NCBI GenBank assembly: GCA_964464605.1
Contig: CAYXJN010000006.1
Coordinates: 124,001 to 188,000, forward strand
Source of the DNA: an uncultured Ignavibacteriales bacterium
GTDB lineage: Bacteria; Zixibacteria; MSB-5A5; GN15; FEB-12
DNA: 64,000 nucleotides
Direction: 5' to 3'
Shown: positions 10,179 to 20,079 of the stretch, in pieces
Position numbering within the stretch: position 1 is the stretch's first letter
Layout: every line of letters begins with the position of its first letter
Made by a program: the position numbers and the translations under genes
Notes under the pieces: generated by a model
What the model was told of the DNA's origin: nothing
The model's input: the letters and a program-made list of their open reading frames with translations, nothing else
Database searches by the model: none

Positions 10179-11645
10179 ATGGATTATTCATTAGCCGCAT
10201 TTAACTGGAGCCTGATCGCTCCTGAAATCGTACTTGCCGTATTCGCCTCGGTGATTTTCATCTGGGCGGCGCGCCCGTTTATGTACAAATGGGGCGTCGA
10301 TATTGCATTAGTCGGTTTGCTGACTTCGCTCGGTTTTGCCATTAGCCAATGGAATTTCGGCGGCACCGGTTTCTACAATATGGTGCTGGTAGACAACTTC
10401 GCGGCGGCATTTCGGATTCTGAGTATTATCACGTCGATTTTGGCGGTGATGATGAGTTACCGGTTCCTGCAGGTGAAGGGGATAGACCGTCCGGAATTTT
10501 TCGGGCTGATGCTCATTGCGACGCTCGGGATGCTCGTGATGGTCAGCAGCAGTGATTTGATTGTTATGTTCCTCGGGCTTGAAATCATGTCGGTTCCGTT
10601 ATACGTCTTGGCCGGGTTTGCCCGCCGTTCGCTCGCCTCAAATGAAGCCGGTATCAAATACTTTATTATGGGAGCGTTTGCTTCGGCCTTTTTGCTTATG
10701 GGAATTGCCTGCGTTTTCGGTGCAACCGGCAGTACCGACTTAAAAGTGGTTTTGAGCAGAGCGTTATTTATGGCGATGTCAGCTACGCCAGAGAATCCGA
10801 GCCTCTTGGCCTATCTCATAGCCGGTGTGGCGTTGATATTGGTCGGCTTTGGATTCAAAATTGCCGCTGTACCGTTTCATACCTGGGTGCCGGATGTGTA
10901 TCAGGGCGCACCGACACCGATTACGGCCTTTTTCTCTGTCGGTCCAAAAGCGGCCGCCTTTGCCGTGTTGCTTCGCATTTTCACGTTTGGTTACACAAAT
11001 ATTCCGGTTATCGCTCAGGCGTTTTGGATACTCGCCGTGTTAACGATGTCGATCGGTAACATTCTCGCACTGAGGCAAAGCAATGTGAAGCGAATGCTTG
11101 CCTATTCATCGATTGCCCATGCCGGCTATATCCTCGTTGCCATGACCGCCGGAGGGCCGCAGGCGGTCTCCTCAGCGCTCTTTTATTTAGTGGCCTACGC
11201 GATGTTCAACCTCGGCGCGTTCGCGATTCTGGTGCTCTTAGAAACGCGCACAGGCTGTAAATCGGAGTTCTCCGAGTTACGCGGCATGGCGGCATCGCAT
11301 CCGTGGCTGGCCGCACTGCTTGCGTTGTTCATGTTCGGCCTGTCCGGTTTTCCGCCCTTGGTTGGATTCTTTGGAAAATTCTATGTCTTCAGCGCCGCGG
11401 TGCAGAACGGTTTTATCTGGCTCACGGTCATCGGCGTACTGAACTCCTTTGTCTCTGTCTATTATTACTTACGCGTTGTCAAAGCCTGTTATTTCGAGAA
11501 GGCAGAAGGGTACTTCCCGCCGGTCACGGTCAATCCCTTTATGGCGATCGTGCTGGTTATTACCGCCGTCGGAACGCTCGCGTGGGGGATATTCCCGCAG
11601 CAGTTGCTCGATTTTTCACAACAGGCTATTTTCGCTCTACGCTAA
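10179..11645 (+). CDS. nuoN: NADH-quinone oxidoreductase subunit N
   Basis: EAGIKYFIMG, FKIAAVPFHTWVPDVYQGAP, KRMLAYSSIAHAGY, GFFGKF. Confidence 0.96.
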   Translation: MDYSLAAFNWSLIAPEIVLAVFASVIFIWAARPFMYKWGVDIALVGLLTSLGFAISQWNFGGTGFYNMVLVDNFAAAFRILSIITSILAVMMSYRFLQVKGIDRPEFFGLMLIATLGMLVMVSSSDLIVMFLGLEIMSVPLYVLAGFARRSLASNEAGIKYFIMGAFASAFLLMGIACVFGATGSTDLKVVLSRALFMAMSATPENPSLLAYLIAGVALILVGFGFKIAAVPFHTWVPDVYQGAPTPITAFFSVGPKAAAFAVLLRIFTFGYTNIPVIAQAFWILAVLTMSIGNILALRQSNVKRMLAYSSIAHAGYILVAMTAGGPQAVSSALFYLVAYAMFNLGAFAILVLLETRTGCKSEFSELRGMAASHPWLAALLALFMFGLSGFPPLVGFFGKFYVFSAAVQNGFIWLTVIGVLNSFVSVYYYLRVVKACYFEKAEGYFPPVTVNPFMAIVLVITAVGTLAWGIFPQQLLDFSQQAIFALR

Positions 11646-11690
11646 AATGATTCCATCACCGATTTTGTATATGCATGTGAAAGGTTAGGC

Positions 11691-12662
11691 ATGGTGCCTG
11701 TAGAACCGGTTTCCGTATCAGTGTGGATTTGGGTAAGTTTTACCGTCTTCATCCTTTTGCTCTTGCTGGTCGATTTAGGGTTGTTCCAACGCAACGCGCA
11801 CGCGGTTTCCGTAAAAGAATCTCTGGCCTGGACATTTGTTTGGGTTGTTCTCGCCTGTGGATTCGGCGGCATTATGTACTGGTGGCACGGTTACCACGCC
11901 GCGCTTGAGTTCTTTACCGGGTATATCATAGAGTACTCTCTCAGTGTCGATAATCTGTTCATTTTCATTCTGATTTTTACCTATTTCAAAGTTCCGGACA
12001 AATACCGACATCGTATTCTATTCTGGGGGATATTAGGCGCACTGATTATGCGTGGTGTTATGATCGGTGTCGGTGCGGCGCTGATTTCGGCCTTCCACTG
12101 GATTATTTATATCTTCGGCGCATTTCTGATTATTACCGGTATCCGTATGTTCTTTCATAAAGATGAAGATATCGACCCATCCAAAAATATTTTAGTGCGC
12201 TGGGCGAAAAAAGTCTTTCCGGTTACGCATGAATATCACGGCCAGCATTTCTTTATTCGTGAAGCAGGGCGACTTACGGCCACGCCGCTGCTCTTGGTGT
12301 TATTGGTAATTGAATCGACCGACTTGATTTTCGCCGTCGATTCAATTCCCGCTATTTTCGCCGTCACGCGCGATCCGTTTATCGTGTTTACCTCAAACGT
12401 TTTTGCCATTCTCGGGCTGCGTTCGCTCTATTTCGCGCTGGCAGGGGTGATGGATATGTTCCATTTCCTCAAGTACGGACTCGCCTTCGTATTGGCCTTC
12501 GTCGGCGTGAAGATGTGCGTATCCGGCTATTATCCGATTCCGATTACGCTTTCTTTGGGTATAGTCGTCGGAGTGCTCGGATTGTCAGTGCTGTTCTCGC
12601 TTATCTTCCCGAAAAAGTCGAAAGAGCTCGCCGAAGTTCCTCACCATCACAAGAAGCATTAG
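11691..12662 (+). CDS. TerC/Alx family membrane protein (metal homeostasis)
   Basis: EYSLSVDNLFIF and ESTDLIFAVDSIPAIFAVT...FTSNVFAILGLRSLYF are TerC signatures. Confidence 0.92.
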   Translation: MVPVEPVSVSVWIWVSFTVFILLLLLVDLGLFQRNAHAVSVKESLAWTFVWVVLACGFGGIMYWWHGYHAALEFFTGYIIEYSLSVDNLFIFILIFTYFKVPDKYRHRILFWGILGALIMRGVMIGVGAALISAFHWIIYIFGAFLIITGIRMFFHKDEDIDPSKNILVRWAKKVFPVTHEYHGQHFFIREAGRLTATPLLLVLLVIESTDLIFAVDSIPAIFAVTRDPFIVFTSNVFAILGLRSLYFALAGVMDMFHFLKYGLAFVLAFVGVKMCVSGYYPIPITLSLGIVVGVLGLSVLFSLIFPKKSKELAEVPHHHKKH

Positions 12663-12738
12663 CGCCACTTTTACGCTGACAGCGCACTGATTCCTCCCTA
12701 TCTTCCGGCATCGTTCGTTTCCCAAGAGGGTTCGATGT

Positions 12739-14721
12739 ATGGAACATGATTTTTCATTACTAATTGACATCATTGTCGTTCTCGGCGTCTCGGTGCTGGT
12801 TGTATTCCTGTGCCAGATTCTCCGTATACCTGCTCTGGTCGGGTTTCTTTTGTCCGGCGTTCTAGCGGGGCCATCGTTATTGGGGCTTGTCTCAGACACG
12901 CATCAAGTCTCCACGCTCGCTGAAATCGGCGTCTTATTGCTTTTGTTCATGATCGGAATGGAACTGTCGCTCGATAAGCTCTGGAGCGCGAGGCGAACGA
13001 TATTGCTGGGGGGAACTATCCATGTCTGCTCCATGATCGCGGTCTTCACCGGTTTAGCGATGTTGGCCGGGTATCGGTTCGAAGAATCCCTCTTTTTCAG
13101 CTTCCTTATCAGTCTCAGTAGTACTGCTATTGTCTTCAAGCTGCTGCAGGACAGAAGGGAGGTCGATGCGCCGCATGGCCGGGCGAGCACGGCGATAGCG
13201 ATCTATGAAGACGTCATGATCGTGCCGATGATGCTGGTCACCTCACTTTTGACGGGACAAGCCGGAGGGGAAGGACAGTCGGTATGGATGCTGATTGCGA
13301 AAGTTGTCGTTATTCTTGTTGTCTTAGGCTTGCTCGCTAAATGGGGGGTGCCATGGATCCTGCATCAGGTGGCCAGAACGCGCGTGCGAGAACTCTTTTT
13401 GCTCTGCGTTATTATTCTTTGCTTTGTTATCACTTGGCTGACCTCAACGGTCGGGCTATCGCTTGCCTTAGGAGCATTCGCCGCCGGTCTGATTATTTCC
13501 GAATCTCCGTATTCGGAGCAGGCATTGGGGTTGGTGCAGTCGCTGCGGGATGTGTTCGTTTCATTCTTTTTTGTCACCATCGGGATGCTTATCGATGTTA
13601 ACTTCGCGCTCGACAACATGCTGTTGTTACTCGGACTAACGGCCGCTATTATCCTGATAAAGATCGCTATCGCTACCTTTTCAATCAGACTTTCGGGGCA
13701 TACGATACGGACTGCTCTGTTAACCGGTATCTATCTGGCACAGGTAGGAGAGTTTGCCTTCGTGTTGTCCGCTGTTGGTATTACCGCCGGGCTGTTGAAT
13801 TACCATAGTTATCAGATATTTCTTTCGGTTTGTTTACTTTCCATGATGGCAACCCCGATTCTCGTGGTCATGATTCCGCGTTTGTTCGTCAAACTGCGGC
13901 CGGAGTATAAACCATCCGGTTCGGGGCATGGCGGCGAAGCTGCATTGTCTGATCATCTTATTATCATCGGTTATGGCGTCAACGGCCGCAATCTGGCGCG
14001 CGCCAGTAAAGCGGCGAATATTCCGTATGTTATTCTCGAAGTAAATCCGGATGTGGTAAAAGAAGAATCCGCAAAAGGGGAGCCGATTTTGTTCGGTGAT
14101 GCCGGCACCGAAGCGGTGCTTGAAAAAGCTGGTGTGGAACATGCGCGAATCGCCGTGGTCGCGATTTCCGATCCACCCAGCACGAGGCGCACGATTAAGT
14201 TAATTAAGCAGATGAACTCCTCTGTGCAGGTGATTGCCCGTACCCGCTATATTAATGAAATGCAGATTCTCTTTGAGCGCGGGGCGGATGAGGTGATTCC
14301 CGAAGAGTTTGAAACATCGGTTGAAATTCTTAATCGCGTTCTGCGCGCCTATCTGATTCCGCAGAGCGAAATTGAACGCTTTATCGATGAAGTTCGTTCT
14401 GACGGGTATGGCATGTTTCGTTCGTTGCATTCACCAGCGGAAACTTCTGCTGATTTGCGCCGGTATATGCCCAATATCGAGATCGATTCGTACCGGGTTG
14501 AACATGGTTCTCAATTAGATGGGAAAACATTCGGTGAAGTTTGGCTCCGTTCCAGCTATGGCGCAACCGCTCTGGCGGTAAAACGGGAGCAGGAGACAAT
14601 ATCGAACCCCGGCCCGAATGTGCGGGTTGAGGCAGGGGATGTCGTCATCGTCATGGCTGACCGGGACAAATCGGCGGCGATTTCAGAATTGTTCAAGGGA
14701 ATGAAAATTGATTTGGAATGA
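12739..14721 (+). CDS. CPA2/Kef-type cation:proton antiporter with RCK_N (TrkA-N) and RCK_C domains
   Basis: LSSTAIV..LL, LGAFAAG, LAQVGEFAFV, IIIGYGVNG Rossmann motif, C-terminal TrkA-C-like segment (SNPGPNVRVEAGDVV). Confidence 0.9.
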   Translation: MEHDFSLLIDIIVVLGVSVLVVFLCQILRIPALVGFLLSGVLAGPSLLGLVSDTHQVSTLAEIGVLLLLFMIGMELSLDKLWSARRTILLGGTIHVCSMIAVFTGLAMLAGYRFEESLFFSFLISLSSTAIVFKLLQDRREVDAPHGRASTAIAIYEDVMIVPMMLVTSLLTGQAGGEGQSVWMLIAKVVVILVVLGLLAKWGVPWILHQVARTRVRELFLLCVIILCFVITWLTSTVGLSLALGAFAAGLIISESPYSEQALGLVQSLRDVFVSFFFVTIGMLIDVNFALDNMLLLLGLTAAIILIKIAIATFSIRLSGHTIRTALLTGIYLAQVGEFAFVLSAVGITAGLLNYHSYQIFLSVCLLSMMATPILVVMIPRLFVKLRPEYKPSGSGHGGEAALSDHLIIIGYGVNGRNLARASKAANIPYVILEVNPDVVKEESAKGEPILFGDAGTEAVLEKAGVEHARIAVVAISDPPSTRRTIKLIKQMNSSVQVIARTRYINEMQILFERGADEVIPEEFETSVEILNRVLRAYLIPQSEIERFIDEVRSDGYGMFRSLHSPAETSADLRRYMPNIEIDSYRVEHGSQLDGKTFGEVWLRSSYGATALAVKREQETISNPGPNVRVEAGDVVIVMADRDKSAAISELFKGMKIDLE

Positions 14722-14740
14722 TCAGTTTGCCAAAGGGAAC

Positions 14741-14777
14741 AAAAAAGACCGCGCTAAACCGGCGCGGTCTTTTTTTT
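14741..14777. terminator. Bidirectional intrinsic terminator
   Basis: AAAAAAGACCGCGC-TAAACCG-GCGCGGTCTTTTTTTT between convergent genes. Confidence 0.85.
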
Positions 14778-14794
14778 CGATGTTTTGGGTAATC

Positions 14795-17545
14795 TTAAAA
14801 ATACGTAAAGAATCCGCACGGTGTCGGACCGCTGTTGAACAGGAAGCTGACGATATAGGTCAAATCCGCAACGGTAATGTTCCCGGTGCAATTCACATCT
14901 GCTGATTGCAAAACTGGCGGTGTCGGGCCGCTGTTGAACAGATAACTGACGAGATACACCAAGTCAGCTATAGTGACACCACCCACGTTGTTGACATTAC
15001 CGGCCTGCTGATAGGAACCCAAGAGATTGCGGAATCGTATGGCGCGGCCGTTGGCCGGTTGATGCGCCGGTATGTCGCCGCCGTCAAAATAGCCCAGCGC
15101 TTTACAGTCGATTTCAGAAATGCCGGTGAGCGCGGTACCCGCTAATCCGGTCGTGCCGACATTTTGATACTGGAAAGTAATATTGCCGTTCTTAGTCAGA
15201 ATAATTTCGAAATTGGTCATCGTATCGGACGGGCTGTTGAAATTGGAGGGGCGATACCATTCGATAACGGTCGTATCTTTTTTCGCGTTCCAATAGATGT
15301 ACAAACCGGCATCCGGAACCGTGCCGTCATTGAAAATCAAATCATTCCAGAACGCCGACACAAATGTCGAGAGAGAATTACCGGGGATATCATGCGCTTC
15401 AAAGAATCCGCTCGGATCAAGTAATGTGTCGGTAAATGACAGACCGCCGTTGACACCGATATAGACACTATCGACAAAGTTTTCATAGAACGGAAAGTCG
15501 AACCGAATCGGCCACGGCCCGGTAGAGCCGTCATCTTTCGGATCTGAACCGTTCGTGTAAAGCGTGTTATTGAGCACTTTGAAGCCGAGTGTTTTAGCCG
15601 AAATCCAGTTGAAAGTCGGGCCGCCGACTTCTGTTGATGCGAGCACTTCATAGCTCATGTCGTTACACGGCACGGTCACATAGACCGGTACGTACAACAG
15701 GGAGTCGGTAAATCCGGTCAGTCCCCATGAAATCTCAAGAATCCCTTTGTAGCGCGTACTGGCATCATCAATAACCGTTGCATCCAACGTGACGGTTACC
15801 GCAATGGAATCAAGCGGGGAAATTGTTCCTGAACTCGGCGATGCTTGGAGCCAGTCGGCGGCGGCAAAGGCAAGTGAATCGTTGTCATTGATGCTGTAAT
15901 CAAAACTGAGCGAATTGGAGCGGTTGTGCAGCCAGACCGTTGCAGTTCCAACCGTGTTCACATCAATTGTCGTGTCCAGCAGTATCGGCTCGGCATAAAT
16001 TGCAGAAGGAGCAGGCATCGCCGCTATCGCCGCGAACAGATTCGGACGGGGACCAATATGTTGTAACCCATTCGGTACTTGCGGCGTACCGGTAGTATTG
16101 AGCAGCTTTCGGATTTGGTCGGAGTTTAACACTGTGCCGTAGGTCGCTTTGTAATGTCCCTGTAAACAGGCGATTGCGCCGGTTACTATCGGTGAAGCCG
16201 ATGATGTCCCGCTGAATGAACTGGTATACCAGTTATTTTCATTCGAGCCGGCCAAACCACCATATCCGGTTGAATAGACCCCGGAGCCATATCCCTGCAG
16301 GTTGACACGTTCACCGTAATTGGAAAAGCTCTGACGCTGGAGCGTTTGTGCCGATGCCGCGGGATAACCTGCTCCGGCAACTATCGCGTGGGAATTGCGA
16401 TAGGTAGTATCGAACAGCTGACCATAGAGTGCGCCGTCATCGAAATTCTCCGCGCCGTTACCGGCAGCTTGCACGACTACTATCCCTTTTGCCCATGCAT
16501 ATTGAATGGCATCGAAATTTTCCGGCCAGTATTCCATACAGATATACCCAAGCTGGTCGGGTCTGCTCTGAAAATTGAAGTGGGGGCCGGGTGCGTGCAA
16601 TTCGATAAGAATCAAATCCCCTTGCGCAAGCGTATCAAGAGCGAGCATAAATGCTTCCGGCAATGAGAAACTGCCAATAGAAGCCATTCCGGCGTCGGCG
16701 GCATAACTGATTCCGGTAACGCCCAAACCATTGTTCGAGCCTATCATTTCCCCCAAAACGGCAGTACCGTGATTACGCCAGCTCAGATCATTTATCATTG
16801 AGCCACCGAGCAAACCGCCCAGGGCGTTGCCTAAATCTTCATGTGTGTCCCGCCAAGCGCCTTCGATATCGACAATCATGATACCGGAGCCGTCACCACC
16901 GGGAAGGGTGTTTGCGTAGTCGGCATCCACACCGGCGGGTGCCGCTTCACGGTAATCCTGAAATGATGTATAATCGACCATCGAGAATTGCTCAAATGAT
17001 CCGGCCGGTTCAGGGGTCGGCTGTAAGTAGGCGACTTCGACTTCATCCAAACGATTCAACTGATTGATAAGCTGTTCTGCTTCGACAACTGAACTGACTT
17101 CGATTTTGTAATAGGTATTCAAATCCGCGAGTTCATGGCGGGAGCGGTATTGCAGAACGTCACGTTCACGGTCTAATTTTTCTTCGGTAAAATTTCCTAT
17201 CAACCGTTTCAAGCGTTGTCCGCTTAAATAGGGGGAAAGGACCGATTCAGCCTGTTTAATCGATGTATTATTGAATGACTGCAGATTGCTGCCGCGCAGA
17301 CGTACCTGGGTTTCATCTTTGAATTTCACCACGACATGGGAAACTTTGGCCTGCGGAGAAATCGAGACGGATCGCTTTTGCGCCAATGTCCGCGGTTTAA
17401 GTTGTATAGAAGATTCGGAAATGGTCGTGCTGGTCGGGTTGTTTTTGGGAGCGGCGGCAGAAAAAAGGGATGACGTTCCTGTCAAAAGACTCAGAACCAC
17501 GAACGTGGTAATGGCACGGAATTGCATTGATGAAGACCTTTCCAT
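14795..17545 (-). CDS. Secreted S8 (subtilisin-like) serine protease with C-terminal dockerin-type domain
   Basis: Signal peptide, DIEG / HGTAVLG / AAGNG / GTSSASP catalytic motifs, duplicated tail GNVNNVGGVTIADLVYLVSYLF...ADVNCTGNITVADLTYIVSFLF. Start may be ATG 17524. Confidence 0.88.
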   Translation of the reverse strand: MERSSSMQFRAITTFVVLSLLTGTSSLFSAAAPKNNPTSTTISESSIQLKPRTLAQKRSVSISPQAKVSHVVVKFKDETQVRLRGSNLQSFNNTSIKQAESVLSPYLSGQRLKRLIGNFTEEKLDRERDVLQYRSRHELADLNTYYKIEVSSVVEAEQLINQLNRLDEVEVAYLQPTPEPAGSFEQFSMVDYTSFQDYREAAPAGVDADYANTLPGGDGSGIMIVDIEGAWRDTHEDLGNALGGLLGGSMINDLSWRNHGTAVLGEMIGSNNGLGVTGISYAADAGMASIGSFSLPEAFMLALDTLAQGDLILIELHAPGPHFNFQSRPDQLGYICMEYWPENFDAIQYAWAKGIVVVQAAGNGAENFDDGALYGQLFDTTYRNSHAIVAGAGYPAASAQTLQRQSFSNYGERVNLQGYGSGVYSTGYGGLAGSNENNWYTSSFSGTSSASPIVTGAIACLQGHYKATYGTVLNSDQIRKLLNTTGTPQVPNGLQHIGPRPNLFAAIAAMPAPSAIYAEPILLDTTIDVNTVGTATVWLHNRSNSLSFDYSINDNDSLAFAAADWLQASPSSGTISPLDSIAVTVTLDATVIDDASTRYKGILEISWGLTGFTDSLLYVPVYVTVPCNDMSYEVLASTEVGGPTFNWISAKTLGFKVLNNTLYTNGSDPKDDGSTGPWPIRFDFPFYENFVDSVYIGVNGGLSFTDTLLDPSGFFEAHDIPGNSLSTFVSAFWNDLIFNDGTVPDAGLYIYWNAKKDTTVIEWYRPSNFNSPSDTMTNFEIILTKNGNITFQYQNVGTTGLAGTALTGISEIDCKALGYFDGGDIPAHQPANGRAIRFRNLLGSYQQAGNVNNVGGVTIADLVYLVSYLFNSGPTPPVLQSADVNCTGNITVADLTYIVSFLFNSGPTPCGFFTYF

Positions 17546-17566
17546 GTAGTAGACAATTATCTGTCT

Positions 17567-17594
17567 AATATAGAGATAAGTCGGTTTTTGTCAA
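17567..17594 (-). promoter_or_regulatory. Sigma70-type promoter of the S8 protease gene
   Basis: TTGACA-N16-TATATT on the minus strand. Confidence 0.6.
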
Positions 17595-17638
17595 ACGTTG
17601 CTTTACGGGCAGGAATGGGGAAATTGGTCAGTTTTTGA

Positions 17639-19036
17639 CTAATGCTCGAACTGGTACTTGGTGTTGTTGGTGTTCACCTTCATCGGATATTTCCCCGAAA
17701 AACAGCTGGAGCAGAAGGTGGTATCCGGCAGGGAGGACATGGAAAGCATCCCCTTCAAGGACAAGTAGCGCAGCGAATCAACACCCAGGTATTGTTCGAT
17801 CTGCTTGACCGACATATTGGCGCCGATCAGTTCTTTTTTAGTCGGCATATCGATACCGAAAAAGCAGGGAGAGATAATCGGTGGGGAAGAGATACGCAGA
17901 TGGACTTCCTTCGCGCCGGCATCACGGATCATCTGCACCAATTTTTTAGAAGTCGTTCCCCGGACGATTGAATCATCTACAACCACCACGCGGCGGTTGT
18001 TCAGCACTCCGCGCACCGGGTTGAATTTTACTTTAACGTCCAAGTCACGGATATTTTGCTGCGGGTCAATAAAGGTGCGGCCGACGTAATGGTTTCGGAT
18101 TAATCCGATTTCGAAGCGGAGTCCCGATTCTTCGGAGTACCCAAGCGTAGCCGTATTTGCAGAGTCGGGAATACCGATAACGATATCTGCATCGGCCGGA
18201 TGTTCTTTCGCCAACTGTCGTCCCAGGCGTCTGCGGATTTTGTCGACATTTTCACCGAAGACAATCGAATCGGGACGGGCGAAATAGATATACTCGAAAA
18301 TACAATACGCATGTTTCGCCGGTTTGAGCGGATGGTATGAGGCAATTTCTTTTGAGGAAATCTCGATTACCTCGCCCGGTTCGACATCGCGGATATATTT
18401 CGCGCCGATAATATCAAACGCGCAGGTTTCTGAGGCAACCACGGTGGTGCCATTGTATTGTCCGACCGCAAGAGGACGGAAACCGTACGGGTCACGGGCG
18501 GCAATAATTGAGTTTTCAGTCAAAAATACGAGTGAATATGCGCCCTGTACCTGCGAAAGGGCTTCGGCGATTCGTGAAACATACGTACGCTTTTTCGATT
18601 TGGCGATGAGGTGTAAAATAACTTCTGTATCGGAAGTCGTCTGGAAAATAGAGCCTTCCGCTTCCAGTTTTTTCCGCAGTTCCACGGCATTTGTCAAATT
18701 GCCGTTATGACCGACCGCCAGATTGCCGGTGTGATTCGTCATAATCAACGGCTGGATATTGATCTGCGAGGAGGCTCCGGTGGTGCTGTACCGGGTATGG
18801 CCGATAGCGTGACTCCCTTTGAGCTCGGCAAATACCTCTTCACGGTTGAAGATATCCGGTACCTGCCCCATTCCTTTATGGATATTAATTTTTCCGTTGT
18901 CGCAGGTGACTATCCCGGCAGATTCCTGTCCCCGGTGCTGAAGCGCATACAGGCCGAAGTAGGCGAGTTTGGCTGCATTCCTGTTGCCAAAGAGACCGAA
19001 AATTCCGCACTTATCGTGGACCATCGTGTCGAGCAT
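17639..19036 (-). CDS. purF: Amidophosphoribosyltransferase
   Basis: Propeptide ending HDK|CGIFG, LQHRGQES, GHTRYST, HNGNL, VDDSIVRGTT PRPP-binding motif, C-terminal CSSCF. Confidence 0.96.
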   Translation of the reverse strand: MLDTMVHDKCGIFGLFGNRNAAKLAYFGLYALQHRGQESAGIVTCDNGKINIHKGMGQVPDIFNREEVFAELKGSHAIGHTRYSTTGASSQINIQPLIMTNHTGNLAVGHNGNLTNAVELRKKLEAEGSIFQTTSDTEVILHLIAKSKKRTYVSRIAEALSQVQGAYSLVFLTENSIIAARDPYGFRPLAVGQYNGTTVVASETCAFDIIGAKYIRDVEPGEVIEISSKEIASYHPLKPAKHAYCIFEYIYFARPDSIVFGENVDKIRRRLGRQLAKEHPADADIVIGIPDSANTATLGYSEESGLRFEIGLIRNHYVGRTFIDPQQNIRDLDVKVKFNPVRGVLNNRRVVVVDDSIVRGTTSKKLVQMIRDAGAKEVHLRISSPPIISPCFFGIDMPTKKELIGANMSVKQIEQYLGVDSLRYLSLKGMLSMSSLPDTTFCSSCFSGKYPMKVNTNNTKYQFEH

Positions 19037-19063
19037 ATTGTTTTCCCCCAAGGGGAAGCCCCC

Positions 19064-19091
19064 AAAATATCGGCGGAGGGCGGGAAGTCAA
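19064..19091 (-). promoter_or_regulatory. Sigma70-type promoter of purF
   Basis: TTGACT-N16-TATTTT on the minus strand. Confidence 0.5.
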
Positions 19092-19251
19092 ATCCTTTCC
19101 TCATATATGGAGGAACTCATATGAACAATCTTGCAGTACTTCTGTTCCCCAAAGGGATAAAAAGCCGGCCGGGTATAGCTTTCAGGCCAGTTTCCCACTA
19201 TGTTTGAGTCGGATACAGCTTTTTTCATCCATGTCCAGTTCCTGCGCAGAA

Positions 19252-19267
19252 GGGCATTTCATTTGCT
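19252..19267 (+). promoter_or_regulatory. Candidate sigma54 (-24/-12) promoter
   Basis: GGGCAT-TTCAT-TTGCT has the exact spacing of TGGCAC-N5-TTGC, about 35 nt upstream of ATG 19301. Confidence 0.4.
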
Positions 19268-19300
19268 CAGGACTGGTATGTACCCACCAATTTTTGGATT

Positions 19301-20068
19301 ATGACAAACAACAACGACCGCACCAATTTTGAAGTATTACACAGGTTAGCCGTCAGTTCGGCCGGCGGCGGTAATCTGGCTGAACTTGCCCAGCAGGCCT
19401 TGGAAGGGGCGGCTGTGTATCTCGGCCTTGATGCCGCCGCGCTGATCTTGTGGGACGGTTCATATAGGGTAACATTGGCGGCCTCTCATGCTGTTTCCGA
19501 CGATGCCAAATCATATCTTTTAGCGCAGGAATCAGAACTCTTCAAGTCATTGCGGGAAAAACGGGGATTAGTCACGGCACGGCTTTCTTTTGCCGGGCCG
19601 GTGCCGCACCATCTGTTTACGCTGCCGCTCCAATACAACGAAGCAGTCTATGGCGCGGTAATCGGCTATCAGCGGGGGAAAGAGATGTCTGCATCTGCGG
19701 ATTCATTCTTAGCCACCCTTGTTGCATTGTTAGCGCTGCATGTTGCGGCGACCAATTCCGAAAACAGTTCATCTGTCCCTGAGCTTATCGAGCGGGAAAA
19801 ATTAGCGGCCGTTATTCAAACCGCAGTGACGGTTAACCATGAAGTCAATAATCCGCTCACCGCTATTTTAGGAAATGTCCAATTACTGCTTTTGAAACGG
19901 GCTGATTTGGATGATGAGCTTCGTGCAAAATTGAAGACGATTGAAGAGTCTGCAATGAAAATAAAAGAAGTCACCCACAGGCTGTTGCAGCTTACCGCCG
20001 TTCGCACCAAGCAATACAGTGAGGGGACGCAAATGCTCGATCTTTCCGGTAACGAGGAATCAAAGTAA
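19301..20068 (+). CDS. GAF-like plus HisKA (DHp) domain protein lacking an HATPase domain
   Basis: H-box VTVNHEVNNPLTAILGN near the C-terminus. The protein ends about 75 aa later without N/G1/G2 boxes. Confidence 0.75.
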   Translation: MTNNNDRTNFEVLHRLAVSSAGGGNLAELAQQALEGAAVYLGLDAAALILWDGSYRVTLAASHAVSDDAKSYLLAQESELFKSLREKRGLVTARLSFAGPVPHHLFTLPLQYNEAVYGAVIGYQRGKEMSASADSFLATLVALLALHVAATNSENSSSVPELIEREKLAAVIQTAVTVNHEVNNPLTAILGNVQLLLLKRADLDDELRAKLKTIEESAMKIKEVTHRLLQLTAVRTKQYSEGTQMLDLSGNEESK

Positions 20069-20079
20069 CGCACCGGCTG

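Noticed and set aside
11646..11690. Expected yybP-ykoY (Mn) riboswitch before terC
   Set aside because: The spacer is only 45 nt with no matching structure.
14820..14952. Near-identical ~34-nt DNA repeat (ggtgtcgg.ccgctgttgaacag...ctgacga)
   Set aside because: It is the duplicated half of the dockerin domain. Only two copies, so not a CRISPR array or DGR repeat, and no reverse transcriptase is present.
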